Below, piece after piece: positions 39,860 through 49,838 of a stretch of 64,000 bases of DNA. The notes under the pieces were generated by a model. That model searched no databases, was not told where the DNA came from, and was given only the letters and a program-made list of their open reading frames with translations. This DNA is from Spirochaetia bacterium. GTDB lineage: Bacteria; Spirochaetota; Spirochaetia; UBA9216. How positions within the stretch are numbered: the stretch's first letter is position 1; each line of letters opens with the position of its first letter. The stretch is taken from contig OY776510.1 in the NCBI GenBank assembly GCA_963675665.1, forward strand, positions 2,080,001-2,144,000. The letters run 5' to 3'. The translations under genes and the position numbers were made by a program.

Positions 39860-41902
39860 ATGAGAGAAAACACTATCAGTGATGATTACTCGGTCAGTGA
39901 TTTACTTGATATTGCATTGCTTCAGAGAATTCAGGATGATTTCGCCGATACGGCGGAAGTCGGAAGCATTATATACGCATTAGACGGTTCGCCTATTACG
40001 AAGGCTTCAAACTTCTCTGAATACTGCAATTTAATCAGAAGCACCCCCAAAGGCAAAAGAAACTGCATAAAATCTGATGAAGTTCTTGCGCAACGTTCAT
40101 TCAATGAAATAGGCACTGCCATGCCGTGTCTCAGCGGAAGATGTATGGACGGTATAGCGCCTATTGTACTCAAGGGCAAACGGATTGCAAACTGGGGAAT
40201 GGGGCAGGTCCTGTATGAAGAACTTGATGAGGACTGGGTAAGGTGGTATGCGCGGGATATCGGAGTGGAAGAGGATGAGCTTGTTGCGGCTTATCATAAA
40301 CTCACGGTTACGACGATAGAGCAATTTCGCAATAAAATAAAATATCTTATTTCTCTGAGTCAGGAAATATCCGAGATAGCGCTTGTAAACTATCAGCTCA
40401 CAAAGGAAATTGAGAGCAGAATAAAATCCGAAGAAAGATACAGAGCAATTGTCAAGAATGCGATTGTCGGAATTTGCGAGATTACCAATGAAGGCAAAAT
40501 AGATTATATAAATAACCATCTTGAAACCCTGTCGGGATTCAGTGAAAATGAGCTGATTGGCCAGAAACTTAAAAATATTCTGAAATCAGAACGTAATTTT
40601 GAATCATATTTCCAGGGTATAGCGGATTATGCCAATAAACAGTTTCAGCATATCGGTTATGATTTCAGCGGCGAGTTAAAGCAGAAGAATGATATCATGA
40701 GACCCTGCCGCATCTGCATGACGCCCCAGATCAACCTTTCCAATCAGGTAGTCAAATCTACCGCAGTAATCATAGATACAAAAACTGAAGTTCAGGCTCT
40801 GAATAATTTAAAAAAAAGAAACCAGGAACTCAAAGAAAGCAAGAAGCAGTCTGATCTTTTTTTTGATAACAATATTAATGGATTATGTGTTATTGACAAC
40901 AATTACAGATGCATCAAGGTTAATTCGGCCTACATGAAGTTTATTGAAAAAAACGGGAAAGCGGAAGAGTTCAGGAAAAACAGGATTTGGGAACCCTTCG
41001 GTAAAGAGACTATAGACAAGATTTTTTCAGGAGAGATGGAAGAGGTAGAAATTAAGAAAGAATACGGAATGCAACTTTATTCATTCAAGGTGGGGCCTCT
41101 GTTTGATTACGGAAGCAGTATATTCAATATTCTTATAACTCTTACTGATATCACGGATTACCAGATGATGATGGAAAATGCAATGTTTGCAGAAAAAATG
41201 TCTGGTGTAGGCATGGTAGCATCCGGAATAGCACATGATATGAAAAGCGTTTTCTCGATAATCGGGAATTCCAATATCGCCATTAAGAGTATTGTTGCAG
41301 AAGTTGATGATATCGAAAAGAAAGAAAAAATACTGAGGATGCTCCAGACCCAGGAGCATGGATTGATGAACGGCAGAAAGCTTCTTACACAGATTCTTTC
41401 ATATTCAGGAAACGCCGGCGAGGCAATTGAGAGTTTCAATTTAAAAGAGTCGGTAGAAAAAATTATCCGAATTTTCAACAGCGAGATAATGGAGAAGAAT
41501 GCTTCTGCCGTTGTCGATATTCGGGACAATATCACAATTGATGGGAACAGTTCAAAATTTTCACAAATCTTCATGAATCTGACCGCAAACGCAATTGCTG
41601 CTATAGAAGAGAACGGAAAAATAAAAATCAGTGAATCATCGGATAAAGGGAGACTTTCTCTGGTTATTGAAGACAACGGTCACGGGATCCCGTTTGAACA
41701 GCAGGCCCTTGTCTTCAAGGCCTATTATACAACAAAGGATTCAGGTACGGGTTTGGGCTTGTTTTCAGTAAAGAACATTATCGAAGAAATGGGCGGCAGT
41801 ATACAGTTTGAATCAGGTGAAGAGCTTGGAACAAAGTTTATTATAAATATTAAAGACGGAGACAAGGTTAAAATCAGGGTAAAGAAGAATGAACAGAATT
41901 AA
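39860..41902 (+). CDS. PocR-PAS sensor histidine kinase
   Basis: PocR: LQRIQDDF...SNFSEYCNLIR...CIKSD...CLSG...API...GQV; PAS; GIAHDM H-box; DNGHGI, GTGLGL. Confidence 0.92.
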   Translation: MRENTISDDYSVSDLLDIALLQRIQDDFADTAEVGSIIYALDGSPITKASNFSEYCNLIRSTPKGKRNCIKSDEVLAQRSFNEIGTAMPCLSGRCMDGIAPIVLKGKRIANWGMGQVLYEELDEDWVRWYARDIGVEEDELVAAYHKLTVTTIEQFRNKIKYLISLSQEISEIALVNYQLTKEIESRIKSEERYRAIVKNAIVGICEITNEGKIDYINNHLETLSGFSENELIGQKLKNILKSERNFESYFQGIADYANKQFQHIGYDFSGELKQKNDIMRPCRICMTPQINLSNQVVKSTAVIIDTKTEVQALNNLKKRNQELKESKKQSDLFFDNNINGLCVIDNNYRCIKVNSAYMKFIEKNGKAEEFRKNRIWEPFGKETIDKIFSGEMEEVEIKKEYGMQLYSFKVGPLFDYGSSIFNILITLTDITDYQMMMENAMFAEKMSGVGMVASGIAHDMKSVFSIIGNSNIAIKSIVAEVDDIEKKEKILRMLQTQEHGLMNGRKLLTQILSYSGNAGEAIESFNLKESVEKIIRIFNSEIMEKNASAVVDIRDNITIDGNSSKFSQIFMNLTANAIAAIEENGKIKISESSDKGRLSLVIEDNGHGIPFEQQALVFKAYYTTKDSGTGLGLFSVKNIIEEMGGSIQFESGEELGTKFIINIKDGDKVKIRVKKNEQN

Positions 41903-43262
41903 TCTGATGGTTGTCGATAATGAAAAATTACTTCTTCAAAGCCTGGTGGATTTACTCGAATCCCAGAATTATAGTGTGGAAGCTTTTTTATCTGCTGAAT
42001 CCGCATTAAAGGTTTTGTCCGCAGGTAATAAGCATTTTGATATTATCTTAACGGACATCAATATGCCGGAAATGGACGGGTACCGGTTTATTGAAAAAGC
42101 CGGAGAAATTATAAACGATACCGTCAAAATTATAGTACTAACCGGTTACGGCTCAATTGAGAGTGCGGTCAAAGCTGTTAAGCTGGGCGCGGATTCATAC
42201 TGCCAGAAAGACCAGGACCCTGAATTGCTTCTTTTTGAAATTCAGAAACTTGTAAAACAGATAAGAATGTGTCAGGATTTGGATTTACTGCAGAGAGCGG
42301 CTGAGGAAAATCAACTTTACCTGTTTGATTCTTCAGATAAAAAAACACGAGAAGTCTTTAGTACCGCAAAGCAGGTGGCTCCGAAGGATGTTAATATTCT
42401 TGTTACAGGAGAGAGCGGTACAGGAAAGGAGATTCTGTCCAGATTTATTTATAACAACAGCGGGGTGCCCGGCCGGTTTGTGTCCGTAAACTGCAGTGCA
42501 ATTCCGGATTCTCTTTTTGAAAGCACGATGTTCGGCCATGTTAAAGGGGCATTTACAGGCGCTCATAAAGACTCAACGGGTTTTTTTGAGCAGGCGGAAA
42601 ACGGAGTTCTCCTGTTGGATGAAATAGGGGAACTTTCTCCAATGAACCAGGCAAAACTGCTGAAAGTAATTGAAGAGAGATATTATTTTCCTGTCGGATC
42701 TTCAGAACGCCGGGATACAACCTGCAGGATTATTGCGGCTACAAATCAGGATCTGGCAAAGAAAATCGAAAATGGAAGTTTTCGAACGGATTTTTATTAT
42801 AGGCTGAACACTGTAACCTTGAACCTTCCGCCTTTGAGGAAACGCCGGGATGATATTCTAAAGCTTGCAAATATATTCATTAAGCAGTTTTCACGTAAAT
42901 ACCAGAATGATCTCGAAGGTATAAATCCTCAGGGAGAGAGGGCTCTGACTGCATATGACTGGCCCGGGAACATCAGGCAGCTGCGGCAAACAATGGAAAG
43001 ATGCGTTTTGTTTTCATCCGGGAAAACTATCGATTCGAATCTTATAATACAGAATATTACTGAGAGTTCAGGTTCCTGTGAAGATGGAGTAAAAGTTGAC
43101 CGGGGGAATGGTTATAAGGAAGCCAGGTTCGTATTTGATAAAGGGTATTTCTCAGCGTTACTTGAAACAGTCGAAAATAATATCAATGAAGCTGCGGTAT
43201 TGTCCGGGTTAAACAGGACTTATATTTATAAAAAACTGAAAGAACTGGGATTGTATAATTAG
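41889..43262 (+). CDS. NtrC-family sigma54-dependent response regulator
   Basis: Receiver LTDINMP; GESGTGKE, GAFTGA, LDEIGE, WPGNIRQL; Fis-type HTH. Confidence 0.95.
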   Translation: MNRINLMVVDNEKLLLQSLVDLLESQNYSVEAFLSAESALKVLSAGNKHFDIILTDINMPEMDGYRFIEKAGEIINDTVKIIVLTGYGSIESAVKAVKLGADSYCQKDQDPELLLFEIQKLVKQIRMCQDLDLLQRAAEENQLYLFDSSDKKTREVFSTAKQVAPKDVNILVTGESGTGKEILSRFIYNNSGVPGRFVSVNCSAIPDSLFESTMFGHVKGAFTGAHKDSTGFFEQAENGVLLLDEIGELSPMNQAKLLKVIEERYYFPVGSSERRDTTCRIIAATNQDLAKKIENGSFRTDFYYRLNTVTLNLPPLRKRRDDILKLANIFIKQFSRKYQNDLEGINPQGERALTAYDWPGNIRQLRQTMERCVLFSSGKTIDSNLIIQNITESSGSCEDGVKVDRGNGYKEARFVFDKGYFSALLETVENNINEAAVLSGLNRTYIYKKLKELGLYN

Positions 43263-43282
43263 CGGATATAATTCTATTGTAA

Positions 43283-43308
43283 AAAAAGGCTGCCGGAGCA
43301 GCCTTTTT
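43283..43308. terminator. Bidirectional intrinsic terminator
   Basis: AAAAAGGCTGC-CGGA-GCAGCCTTTTT between convergent genes. Confidence 0.85.
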
Positions 43309-43310
43309 AG

Positions 43311-43436
43311 TTATTCGTCATTACTGTTGAGATTTTTAAGTTGTGCCTTTGCACCTTTAACATACCAAAAGATCAAGGCAATGGGGCCTGCAATTGAAAT
43401 TGCGCCCATAATATAACATGTTACGTCCCAACCCAT
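43311..43436 (-). CDS. 41-aa single-TM protein coupled to the symporter
   Basis: AAGGAGG RBS, TAATG stop/start overlap; MGWDVTCYIMGAISIAGPIALIFWYVKGAKAQLKNLNSNDE. Confidence 0.75.
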   Translation of the reverse strand: MGWDVTCYIMGAISIAGPIALIFWYVKGAKAQLKNLNSNDE

Positions 43437-44944
43437 TATACGGCCTCCTTGACAGTTTCTTTGCCTGCAGCATTTGCTATAAGGTAAACTACAATTACCA
43501 ACGGTACTATAATCAGGATACCCTGCTCCTGCCATATTTCGATATTTCCAATTTTAACCAGATAAACTTCCCAGTCGTCGCTCCATGTTCCGAAAAAATT
43601 GGCCCAGATGTACCATACTACAGAGCAAATCAGTCCAACTGCAGTGGATAATGTTCCGGCAATCTTTTTGGGCGGTTTTTTACTGAATGCGCCGAAGTAG
43701 ACCGGAACAAGGGCTACCGACAGTATAATGGTTGCCTGGAAGACCCAGACTTCCATAATGGCATCAAAGGTGAATGTCAGTGCAAGGGCAAGGGCTGCAG
43801 ATATCAGCATACCTATCTTGGTCATTCGTTCAACCTGTTCAGAGGTTGCGTCCGGCTTGATTATATTCTTGTAAATATCATATCCGACAACACCACCGCC
43901 TACCAGAAAATAGGAGTCGGCTGTAGACATCGCGCAGGCCAATGTTCCAGCCAGGAAGACGCCCATAAGTCCAATAGGCAGGTATTGTCCGCAGATTGCG
44001 AACAGTGCCTGATTGGCTTCTACTTCGGGGATTATTCCCAAGCCTATTGCCGCAGCTCCGAGGATCCCAAGGAAAGTTACGCACCAGTCAAACGACAGCC
44101 ACATCGGAACACCGGCTCCGAAAGCCTTTTTGATTTCATTAGGCCCTGCCGATGCGAATACCCTCTGGAAAAAAGCGGGTTCTGCCAGTACTGCCAATGA
44201 TGTTATCGCATATGAAACCAGGGTCCACGGGCTCAGGTAACCGGCCCCGGCGCTGAAGAAATAACTTGCGTCTTCGGCGCTTCCCGTCCACTCGATCAAT
44301 CCTTCAAATACACCGTCGTATCCGCCGATTGCGTTCCAGCCGATGATCAATGCTATTCCTACAGTTATCATCATGGAGATGAACTGTATGAAGTCGGTCA
44401 TTGTAACGGCCCACAAACCGCCTGTCCAGGTGTAGATTAGAACAAGAACCGCGCCTATCAGGGTCCCCGTCCAGATCGGCATACCGGTAATCAGGTTGAG
44501 GATAAACCCTATTCCCATCATCTCCATGGTATTTGTAGAATAAAGAAAGGCTGCGATGGATGTGAAAACGCCTGCAGGTTTTCCGTATTTCTTAAAAGCA
44601 ATTTCCTGCATTGTTGTTCCGTCGGGAAATACTTCTTTGAACTTCGGTGCAAGAAAAGCCATAATTATGTATAAGGCTGTATACGGCAGCGAATACGCAA
44701 AGAATGCCGAGATCCCCTCGTAGAATCCGACTTCGGATGTTCCGAACAGTGTATCAAGACCGTAAAAGGTTGATACAAGTGTTCCGACCAGAAGCGGCGC
44801 GGTAAGCGAACGGCCCGCCATGAAGTAGTCATCAAAACCTTTTTGTCTTTTCGAGAAATAAAACCCGACAAAGAGCATGAAGGCTATGTACACCAAGACA
44901 ATTATCCAGTCGATAAAATGCAAATTTACTACAATTCCATCCAT
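43436..44944 (-). CDS. Sodium:solute symporter family protein
   Basis: DYFMAGRSL, YTWTGGLWAVTMTDFIQ, FFQRVF, ACAMSTADS. Confidence 0.94.
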   Translation of the reverse strand: MDGIVVNLHFIDWIIVLVYIAFMLFVGFYFSKRQKGFDDYFMAGRSLTAPLLVGTLVSTFYGLDTLFGTSEVGFYEGISAFFAYSLPYTALYIIMAFLAPKFKEVFPDGTTMQEIAFKKYGKPAGVFTSIAAFLYSTNTMEMMGIGFILNLITGMPIWTGTLIGAVLVLIYTWTGGLWAVTMTDFIQFISMMITVGIALIIGWNAIGGYDGVFEGLIEWTGSAEDASYFFSAGAGYLSPWTLVSYAITSLAVLAEPAFFQRVFASAGPNEIKKAFGAGVPMWLSFDWCVTFLGILGAAAIGLGIIPEVEANQALFAICGQYLPIGLMGVFLAGTLACAMSTADSYFLVGGGVVGYDIYKNIIKPDATSEQVERMTKIGMLISAALALALTFTFDAIMEVWVFQATIILSVALVPVYFGAFSKKPPKKIAGTLSTAVGLICSVVWYIWANFFGTWSDDWEVYLVKIGNIEIWQEQGILIIVPLVIVVYLIANAAGKETVKEAV

Positions 44945-45142
44945 ACTTTTTCGATTCCTCCTCCTAACATTTTCTTAATTTTACCATTGATTGAATCTAA
45001 AAACAATTTTTATTTTTCTTCTGATTGAACCGGTGAACAATTTATTTATTTTCCTTTTAATTTTGGTTAATGTTTATTAGAATAACTGAAACAAAATAAA
45101 ATCTTTTCAAAGTAATAAGCTGACTATCAATAGAGGTGAAAA

Positions 45143-46999
45143 ATGACAATTAAAAATAAACTGGTTACGCTGGTCTTCGGAGAAATGCTGATGTTTCTGT
45201 TTGTTATAGGGCTTATTGTTCTGCTGTTCATGCCTGTTATTTCAATCAACAGCGAATCTAACCAGTTGTCAAAACTTGCCGAACATATTTTATTAATGGA
45301 AGTAAGGATAAACTCCCTGATGCATGAGCCTTTCGGACTGGAATATGCCAAGGCGCTCGAACAAAAAGACAAGTTAAACGAACAATTCCGACAGGTTGAA
45401 AAAGAGAAAAATCTCAGTGCAATAAATGATAAGGTAGCGCAGTCTATCAAAGCAATTATGCTTCTCGAAGGGCTTTTTGAAGAGCGTTGGATTTCTGTGG
45501 TAGAGTTGACACCCCGTCTCCTTCAGGATTCAGAGGAAATAATGTTCACTACTGCCACCCCCCTTATAAATTTTTATAAAATGAGCGAATCACCAAGGTT
45601 TAAGAATAAAATAGATGTGCTTGCGAGGGTGGAAGAATACGAACAACAGATAGATGTTACCGACGGTGCTTTAAGTTCCGCGTATGATGTTATATCAACA
45701 CAATATGATATTATTCAGGCTGAGATCGCCAAGCGTATCAGGCAGTTAATTGTCAGAGCTTTGATTATTTTCGGAATTGTACTTATCGGTGTGATCTTTG
45801 TTGCTTTACGTTTGGCATCCTCATTAGCCGGAAATATTAAATCACTTTTAAACGGAGTTGAACTTTTACGCAACGGAAATCTTGCAACTGTATTTAACAC
45901 GGCTTCAAAAGACGAGATAGGAACGCTTGGGAAGAATCTGAATTTATTTACGGAAGAATTATCATCATCCATTCTCAAGATCAAGGAATCAAGTGCGAAT
46001 AACCTTGTTATGAAGGCTGAACTGTCGGTTGCCGCAGAGAATTCGGAACATTCTTCCGACGGAATTGCTGAAGTAGCAGACTCAATCAGGGAAGGAATGG
46101 TTGACCTTGACGGCAGAGTCGCCGAATCGGGCGAGGCTGTTAATATTGTAAAATCACGGACCGCGGAGTTGGGCGGTATGCTTGAAGAGCAGATGGCAAT
46201 GATTGAAGAGTCCACTTCGTCGGTTACTGAAATGATAGCATCAATTGGAAACGTCAATGAAATAACAGGTAAAAAAAAGGCGGCAACGGATGAACTTGTA
46301 AAGGCGGCAAATGAAGGCGGCGAACGTCTTACGCAGACTATCAGAATCATTCAGGAGATAACCGGTAATATTGATGAAATCCGCGGAACAGCTTCGGTTA
46401 TTCAGGCTGTTGCAGCCCAGACAAGTCTGCTTGCAATGAACGCTGCAATTGAAGCTGCACATGCAGGAGAATACGGTGCGGGGTTTTCGGTTGTCGCTGA
46501 AGAAATTCGTAAACTCGCCGATGCCTCGTCAGATAGTTCGAAACAGATAAGCGGAGTTATAAAAGATGTAATCGGCAGTATTGAAAAGGCGGCATCGTCC
46601 GGGGAAGAGACAAAACATGCCTTTGCGGATATAAATCGGGAGGTTATTGACGTTGCCGGAGCACTTGACGAAATAAGCTCCAGCATGGTTGAACTGGCGG
46701 CCGGGGGCCGACAAATTCTTGATGCCATGTCCAGGCTTCAGGGATATGCTTCCGGAGTTAACGACAGCAGCGGAACAATGGATGCAGCTGCGGACCGGCT
46801 TGAATCAGCATTCAGAACCGTAGAGCGCGTAACCAGCAGCGTGCTGTCTGAAATAGCCGGCATAGGAAACCGTATAGATGAAATAAGCAGTGCCGTGGCG
46901 GTTGTTGCGGGGATAAGCAGCCGTCTGAGCACCGAGTCTGAACGGCTTGAAGCGGAAGCTGTCAGGTTCACCGTAGGCGAGAGTGGTCAGGTCGATTAG
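45143..46999 (+). CDS. Methyl-accepting chemotaxis protein
   Basis: Two TM segments, HAMP (SKDEIGTLG), QTSLLAMNAAIEAAHAGEYGAGFSVVAEEIRKLA. Confidence 0.95.
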   Translation: MTIKNKLVTLVFGEMLMFLFVIGLIVLLFMPVISINSESNQLSKLAEHILLMEVRINSLMHEPFGLEYAKALEQKDKLNEQFRQVEKEKNLSAINDKVAQSIKAIMLLEGLFEERWISVVELTPRLLQDSEEIMFTTATPLINFYKMSESPRFKNKIDVLARVEEYEQQIDVTDGALSSAYDVISTQYDIIQAEIAKRIRQLIVRALIIFGIVLIGVIFVALRLASSLAGNIKSLLNGVELLRNGNLATVFNTASKDEIGTLGKNLNLFTEELSSSILKIKESSANNLVMKAELSVAAENSEHSSDGIAEVADSIREGMVDLDGRVAESGEAVNIVKSRTAELGGMLEEQMAMIEESTSSVTEMIASIGNVNEITGKKKAATDELVKAANEGGERLTQTIRIIQEITGNIDEIRGTASVIQAVAAQTSLLAMNAAIEAAHAGEYGAGFSVVAEEIRKLADASSDSSKQISGVIKDVIGSIEKAASSGEETKHAFADINREVIDVAGALDEISSSMVELAAGGRQILDAMSRLQGYASGVNDSSGTMDAAADRLESAFRTVERVTSSVLSEIAGIGNRIDEISSAVAVVAGISSRLSTESERLEAEAVRFTVGESGQVD

Positions 47000-47002
47000 G
47001 AA

Positions 47003-47422
47003 TCAGCTCTTTTCGTAATCTTTTATCATCTGCTTCATCTCGTCACTGATAACCATGGTTTCCTGCTTTTCGTAATCAAATCCGACAAATATGGTAGTGC
47101 AGGTGGATTTAATCTCACCTGTATTGATATCGGTAATTCTTTGGTGCATGGTCAGAGACTTGTTTCCGGTTTTACTTACCCGGGTTTCGAGCTGTATTTT
47201 GTCATGGAGAAAAATCGGTATCAGAAAATCGGTTTTTACCGAAGCAACAACCACAGACTGCCCCCCCGGCTGGTAGTTTTTTCCGCTTATAACGGAGAAA
47301 TAACCTGCCCGTCCGATATCGTAGTATTGCTGATAGATTGAATTATTAACATGCTGTTGCCCGTCTATATCATTGAAGCGAATCTGGATAGGTTCTATAT
47401 ACCTGAATTTTTCTTCTTTCAT
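47003..47422 (-). CDS. Acyl-CoA thioesterase (4HBT/YbgC hotdog family)
   Basis: IRFNDIDGQQHVNNSIY, DFLIPI, GNKSL. Confidence 0.9.
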   Translation of the reverse strand: MKEEKFRYIEPIQIRFNDIDGQQHVNNSIYQQYYDIGRAGYFSVISGKNYQPGGQSVVVASVKTDFLIPIFLHDKIQLETRVSKTGNKSLTMHQRITDINTGEIKSTCTTIFVGFDYEKQETMVISDEMKQMIKDYEKS

Positions 47423-47456
47423 AGGGTGATTATGCTTATACATAGAGAAATGTCAA

Positions 47457-47527
47457 TGAAGTTTGCCGAAGGTAAACTTCAAAATGAAGGAGGAAAAGAG
47501 TCATCTTTTCCTCCTTCATTACTTGAC
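47457..47527. repeat. Single diverged copy of the double-hairpin element
   Basis: TGAAGTTTGCC-GAA-GGTAAACTTCA, then AATGAAGGAGGAAAAGA-GTCA-TCTTTTCCTCCTTCATT, then ACTTGAC; same layout as 57472-57548. Confidence 0.85.
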
Positions 47528-47579
47528 TTAGCAATATAAAAGAAATATTATTGATAGTGAAAAGAAAGTAAAAGGAAAG
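47523..47579 (+). promoter_or_regulatory. sigma70 promoter of sorE with four 11-bp-phased GAAAG-type boxes
   Basis: TTGACT-N17-TATTAT; boxes at 47542 GAAAT, 47553 GATAG, 47564 GAAAG, 47575 GAAAG. Confidence 0.8.
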
Positions 47580-47630
47580 TGTTTGAAAAGACAAGCACAA
47601 GCAGATATGGATCTTAACCAAGGAGCAAAA

Positions 47631-48893
47631 ATGAAAACCAAGGCAGTAAGGATATACGGAAAGAAAGATCTTAGACTCGAGGAATTTGAACTTCCTGAAA
47701 TGAAGGATGATGAAATAATAGCGAAGGTAATATCAGACAGCATATGTATGTCGTCATATAAAGCTGCAACCCAGGGCACCGAACACAAACGAATTCCGGA
47801 TGATATTGCTGTTAACCCTACAATAATAGGCCATGAATTCTGCGGCGAGATTGTTGAGGTGGGATCAAAATGGGCTGATCAGTTTAAACCCGGACAGAGA
47901 TTTTCTATCCAGCCTGCACTGAATTACAAGGGTTCGCTTGACGCACCCGGGTATTCATTCCGGTGGATAGGCGGAGACGCCACCAAAATACTGATACCGA
48001 ATGAGGTGATGGAAATGGGTTGTCTTCTGCCGTATGAAGGTGAGGCTTTCTTTATGGGTTCACTTTCGGAACCTGTTTCATGCATTGTCGGTACATATCA
48101 TGCAATGTACCATATCCCGCAGGGAACCTATGTTCATGATATGGGAATCCGTAAAGGTGGAAATATGGCAATTCTTGCCGGTGTCGGTCCGATGGGGCTG
48201 GGCGCTATCGATTACGCCATTCATAATCCTGTAAAACCCGGCCTGCTTGTTGTAACCGATATAGACGATGCAAGGCTTGAGCGTGCCGCTTCAATATACA
48301 CTGTTGGAGAAGCAGCTGAAAACGGCGTAAAACTTGTTTACCTTAATACAAAAAGCTGTAATGATCCTGTTGAACTTCTGATGGAGCAGACGAAAGGAAA
48401 CGGCTATGACGATGTAATGGTGATGGCACCCGTTCGCCCGGTAATCGAGCAGGGCGATTCGATCCTTGCAAAAGACGGATGCCTTAATTTTTTTGCAGGT
48501 CCGTCGGATACAAATTTTAAGGCTGAGATGAATTTTTATAATGTTCATTACGAATTTCACCATATTGTAGGAACCAGCGGCGGAAATACGGAAGATATGA
48601 AGGAATCTCTTGTCATGATGGGCGACGGAAGGCTTAATCCTTCAGCAATGATAACCCATGTCGGCGGTCTTGATTCGGTTGTAGAGACAACCCTGAACCT
48701 TCCGAGCATACCCGGAGGCAAAAAGCTTATGTACACTCACAAAAAGCTGCCGTTGACTGCAATAGCGGATTTTGCTGAAATCGGCAAAACAGATTCTTTT
48801 TTCGCGGAACTTGCAAAGCTAGTTGAAAAGTACAACGGATTATGGAATGTAGAAGCCGAGAAATACCTGCTGGAGAATGCTGAAGATATCTAA
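47631..48893 (+). CDS. sorE: L-sorbose-1-phosphate reductase-like zinc-binding dehydrogenase
   Basis: SDSICMSSYKA, IIGHEFCG, IQPAL, GVGPMGLG, NFYNVHY, GTSGG, PGGKKL, WNVEAE. Confidence 0.85.
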   Translation: MKTKAVRIYGKKDLRLEEFELPEMKDDEIIAKVISDSICMSSYKAATQGTEHKRIPDDIAVNPTIIGHEFCGEIVEVGSKWADQFKPGQRFSIQPALNYKGSLDAPGYSFRWIGGDATKILIPNEVMEMGCLLPYEGEAFFMGSLSEPVSCIVGTYHAMYHIPQGTYVHDMGIRKGGNMAILAGVGPMGLGAIDYAIHNPVKPGLLVVTDIDDARLERAASIYTVGEAAENGVKLVYLNTKSCNDPVELLMEQTKGNGYDDVMVMAPVRPVIEQGDSILAKDGCLNFFAGPSDTNFKAEMNFYNVHYEFHHIVGTSGGNTEDMKESLVMMGDGRLNPSAMITHVGGLDSVVETTLNLPSIPGGKKLMYTHKKLPLTAIADFAEIGKTDSFFAELAKLVEKYNGLWNVEAEKYLLENAEDI

Positions 48894-48915
48894 TTTGCGT
48901 ATTCCTCAGAATTAT

Positions 48916-48961
48916 ATAGCCCCCTGTACGAACTTTTTTCTGCAGGGGGCTATTTTTTTTT
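48916..48961 (+). terminator. Intrinsic terminator after sorE
   Basis: ATAGCCCCCTGTA/TGCAGGGGGCTAT stem plus T-run. Confidence 0.85.
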
Positions 48962-49074
48962 GTTATCGTAATTCCTGTTTATCTGTACAGGCAAGTTTTC
49001 AAATTAATCCGGGCCCGATCCGGTATTCAGTGTTATACTGTTTATGCAAACATAACACATCAAGGAGGGTTGTT

Positions 49075-49608
49075 TTGGAACTTACACCCAAAGATATTCC
49101 AATTGAATTCCTGCAGGGACTGCCGGACGGTATCAAGCTGGTCAGCCGGAAGGGACACCCGTATCTGGTGCTTGAGAAGGCCCTGGATAAAAACGGAAAC
49201 AGTATTATAGACGAAACTGTTCACATCCACGGGGAACCTTCAGTCAAGCTGAAAGCCAAAGTCGGCAAAGCTGAAGGCTCGCTTTTTGTAGACGCATACT
49301 GGGGAAGCCACGCCAAGCTGTACAGCTTCATACCTGATTTTTCAAACGGAGGTTCGGTTGAAGCCTACAGTCCTGTCGACGGATCAAGTTTAATGGTGCC
49401 GTGGGAGTGCCCTATTGAAGGGTGCAACGAAAAGCATGGGATCCTGCTTACGCTGCCGGGGGGGCAGAACTCGATAATCGTATGCGGGAAACTGGGCTGT
49501 CCGGGCCATCATATCAATGTCACAAGACTGGCGGAAGGTGTCAGCGAAACTATAAGCAATATCAACTATTTCGGACACGGAGACGACGATCCGTTCTCCG
49601 ATTTTTAA
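49075..49608 (+). CDS. Hypothetical Cys/His-motif protein leading the oxidoreductase operon
   Basis: AGGAGG RBS and TTG start (true start inside ORF 48877); CPIEGC...CGKLGCPGH. Confidence 0.75.
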   Translation: MELTPKDIPIEFLQGLPDGIKLVSRKGHPYLVLEKALDKNGNSIIDETVHIHGEPSVKLKAKVGKAEGSLFVDAYWGSHAKLYSFIPDFSNGGSVEAYSPVDGSSLMVPWECPIEGCNEKHGILLTLPGGQNSIIVCGKLGCPGHHINVTRLAEGVSETISNINYFGHGDDDPFSDF

Positions 49609-49619
49609 GGAGGTTTTAA

Positions 49620-49838
49620 TTGACTGTTAATCAAGTAGTTGTAAACGCAGAGCTCTGTAAATCCTGCAGGGTATGCGTTGAAACCTGTCCTAATCATTGT
49701 CTGGAAATCGGGAGTGAAATCAATACTCTGGGTTACCAGGCAGTTCGATTCGATTCTGATAAATGCACAGCCTGCGGGCTTTGTTTTTACGTCTGTCCCG
49801 AACCGGGAGTTCTGACTGTAATAAAGGGGGCGGATTAA
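49620..49838 (+). CDS. 2x[4Fe-4S] ferredoxin (oxidoreductase delta subunit)
   Basis: CKSCRVCVETCP and CTACGLCFYVCP; AGGAGG RBS. Confidence 0.93.
   Translation: MTVNQVVVNAELCKSCRVCVETCPNHCLEIGSEINTLGYQAVRFDSDKCTACGLCFYVCPEPGVLTVIKGAD

Noticed and set aside
48877-49074. N-terminal part of the 243-aa ORF
   Set aside because: It overlaps the sorE end and terminator; the RBS supports a start at 49075
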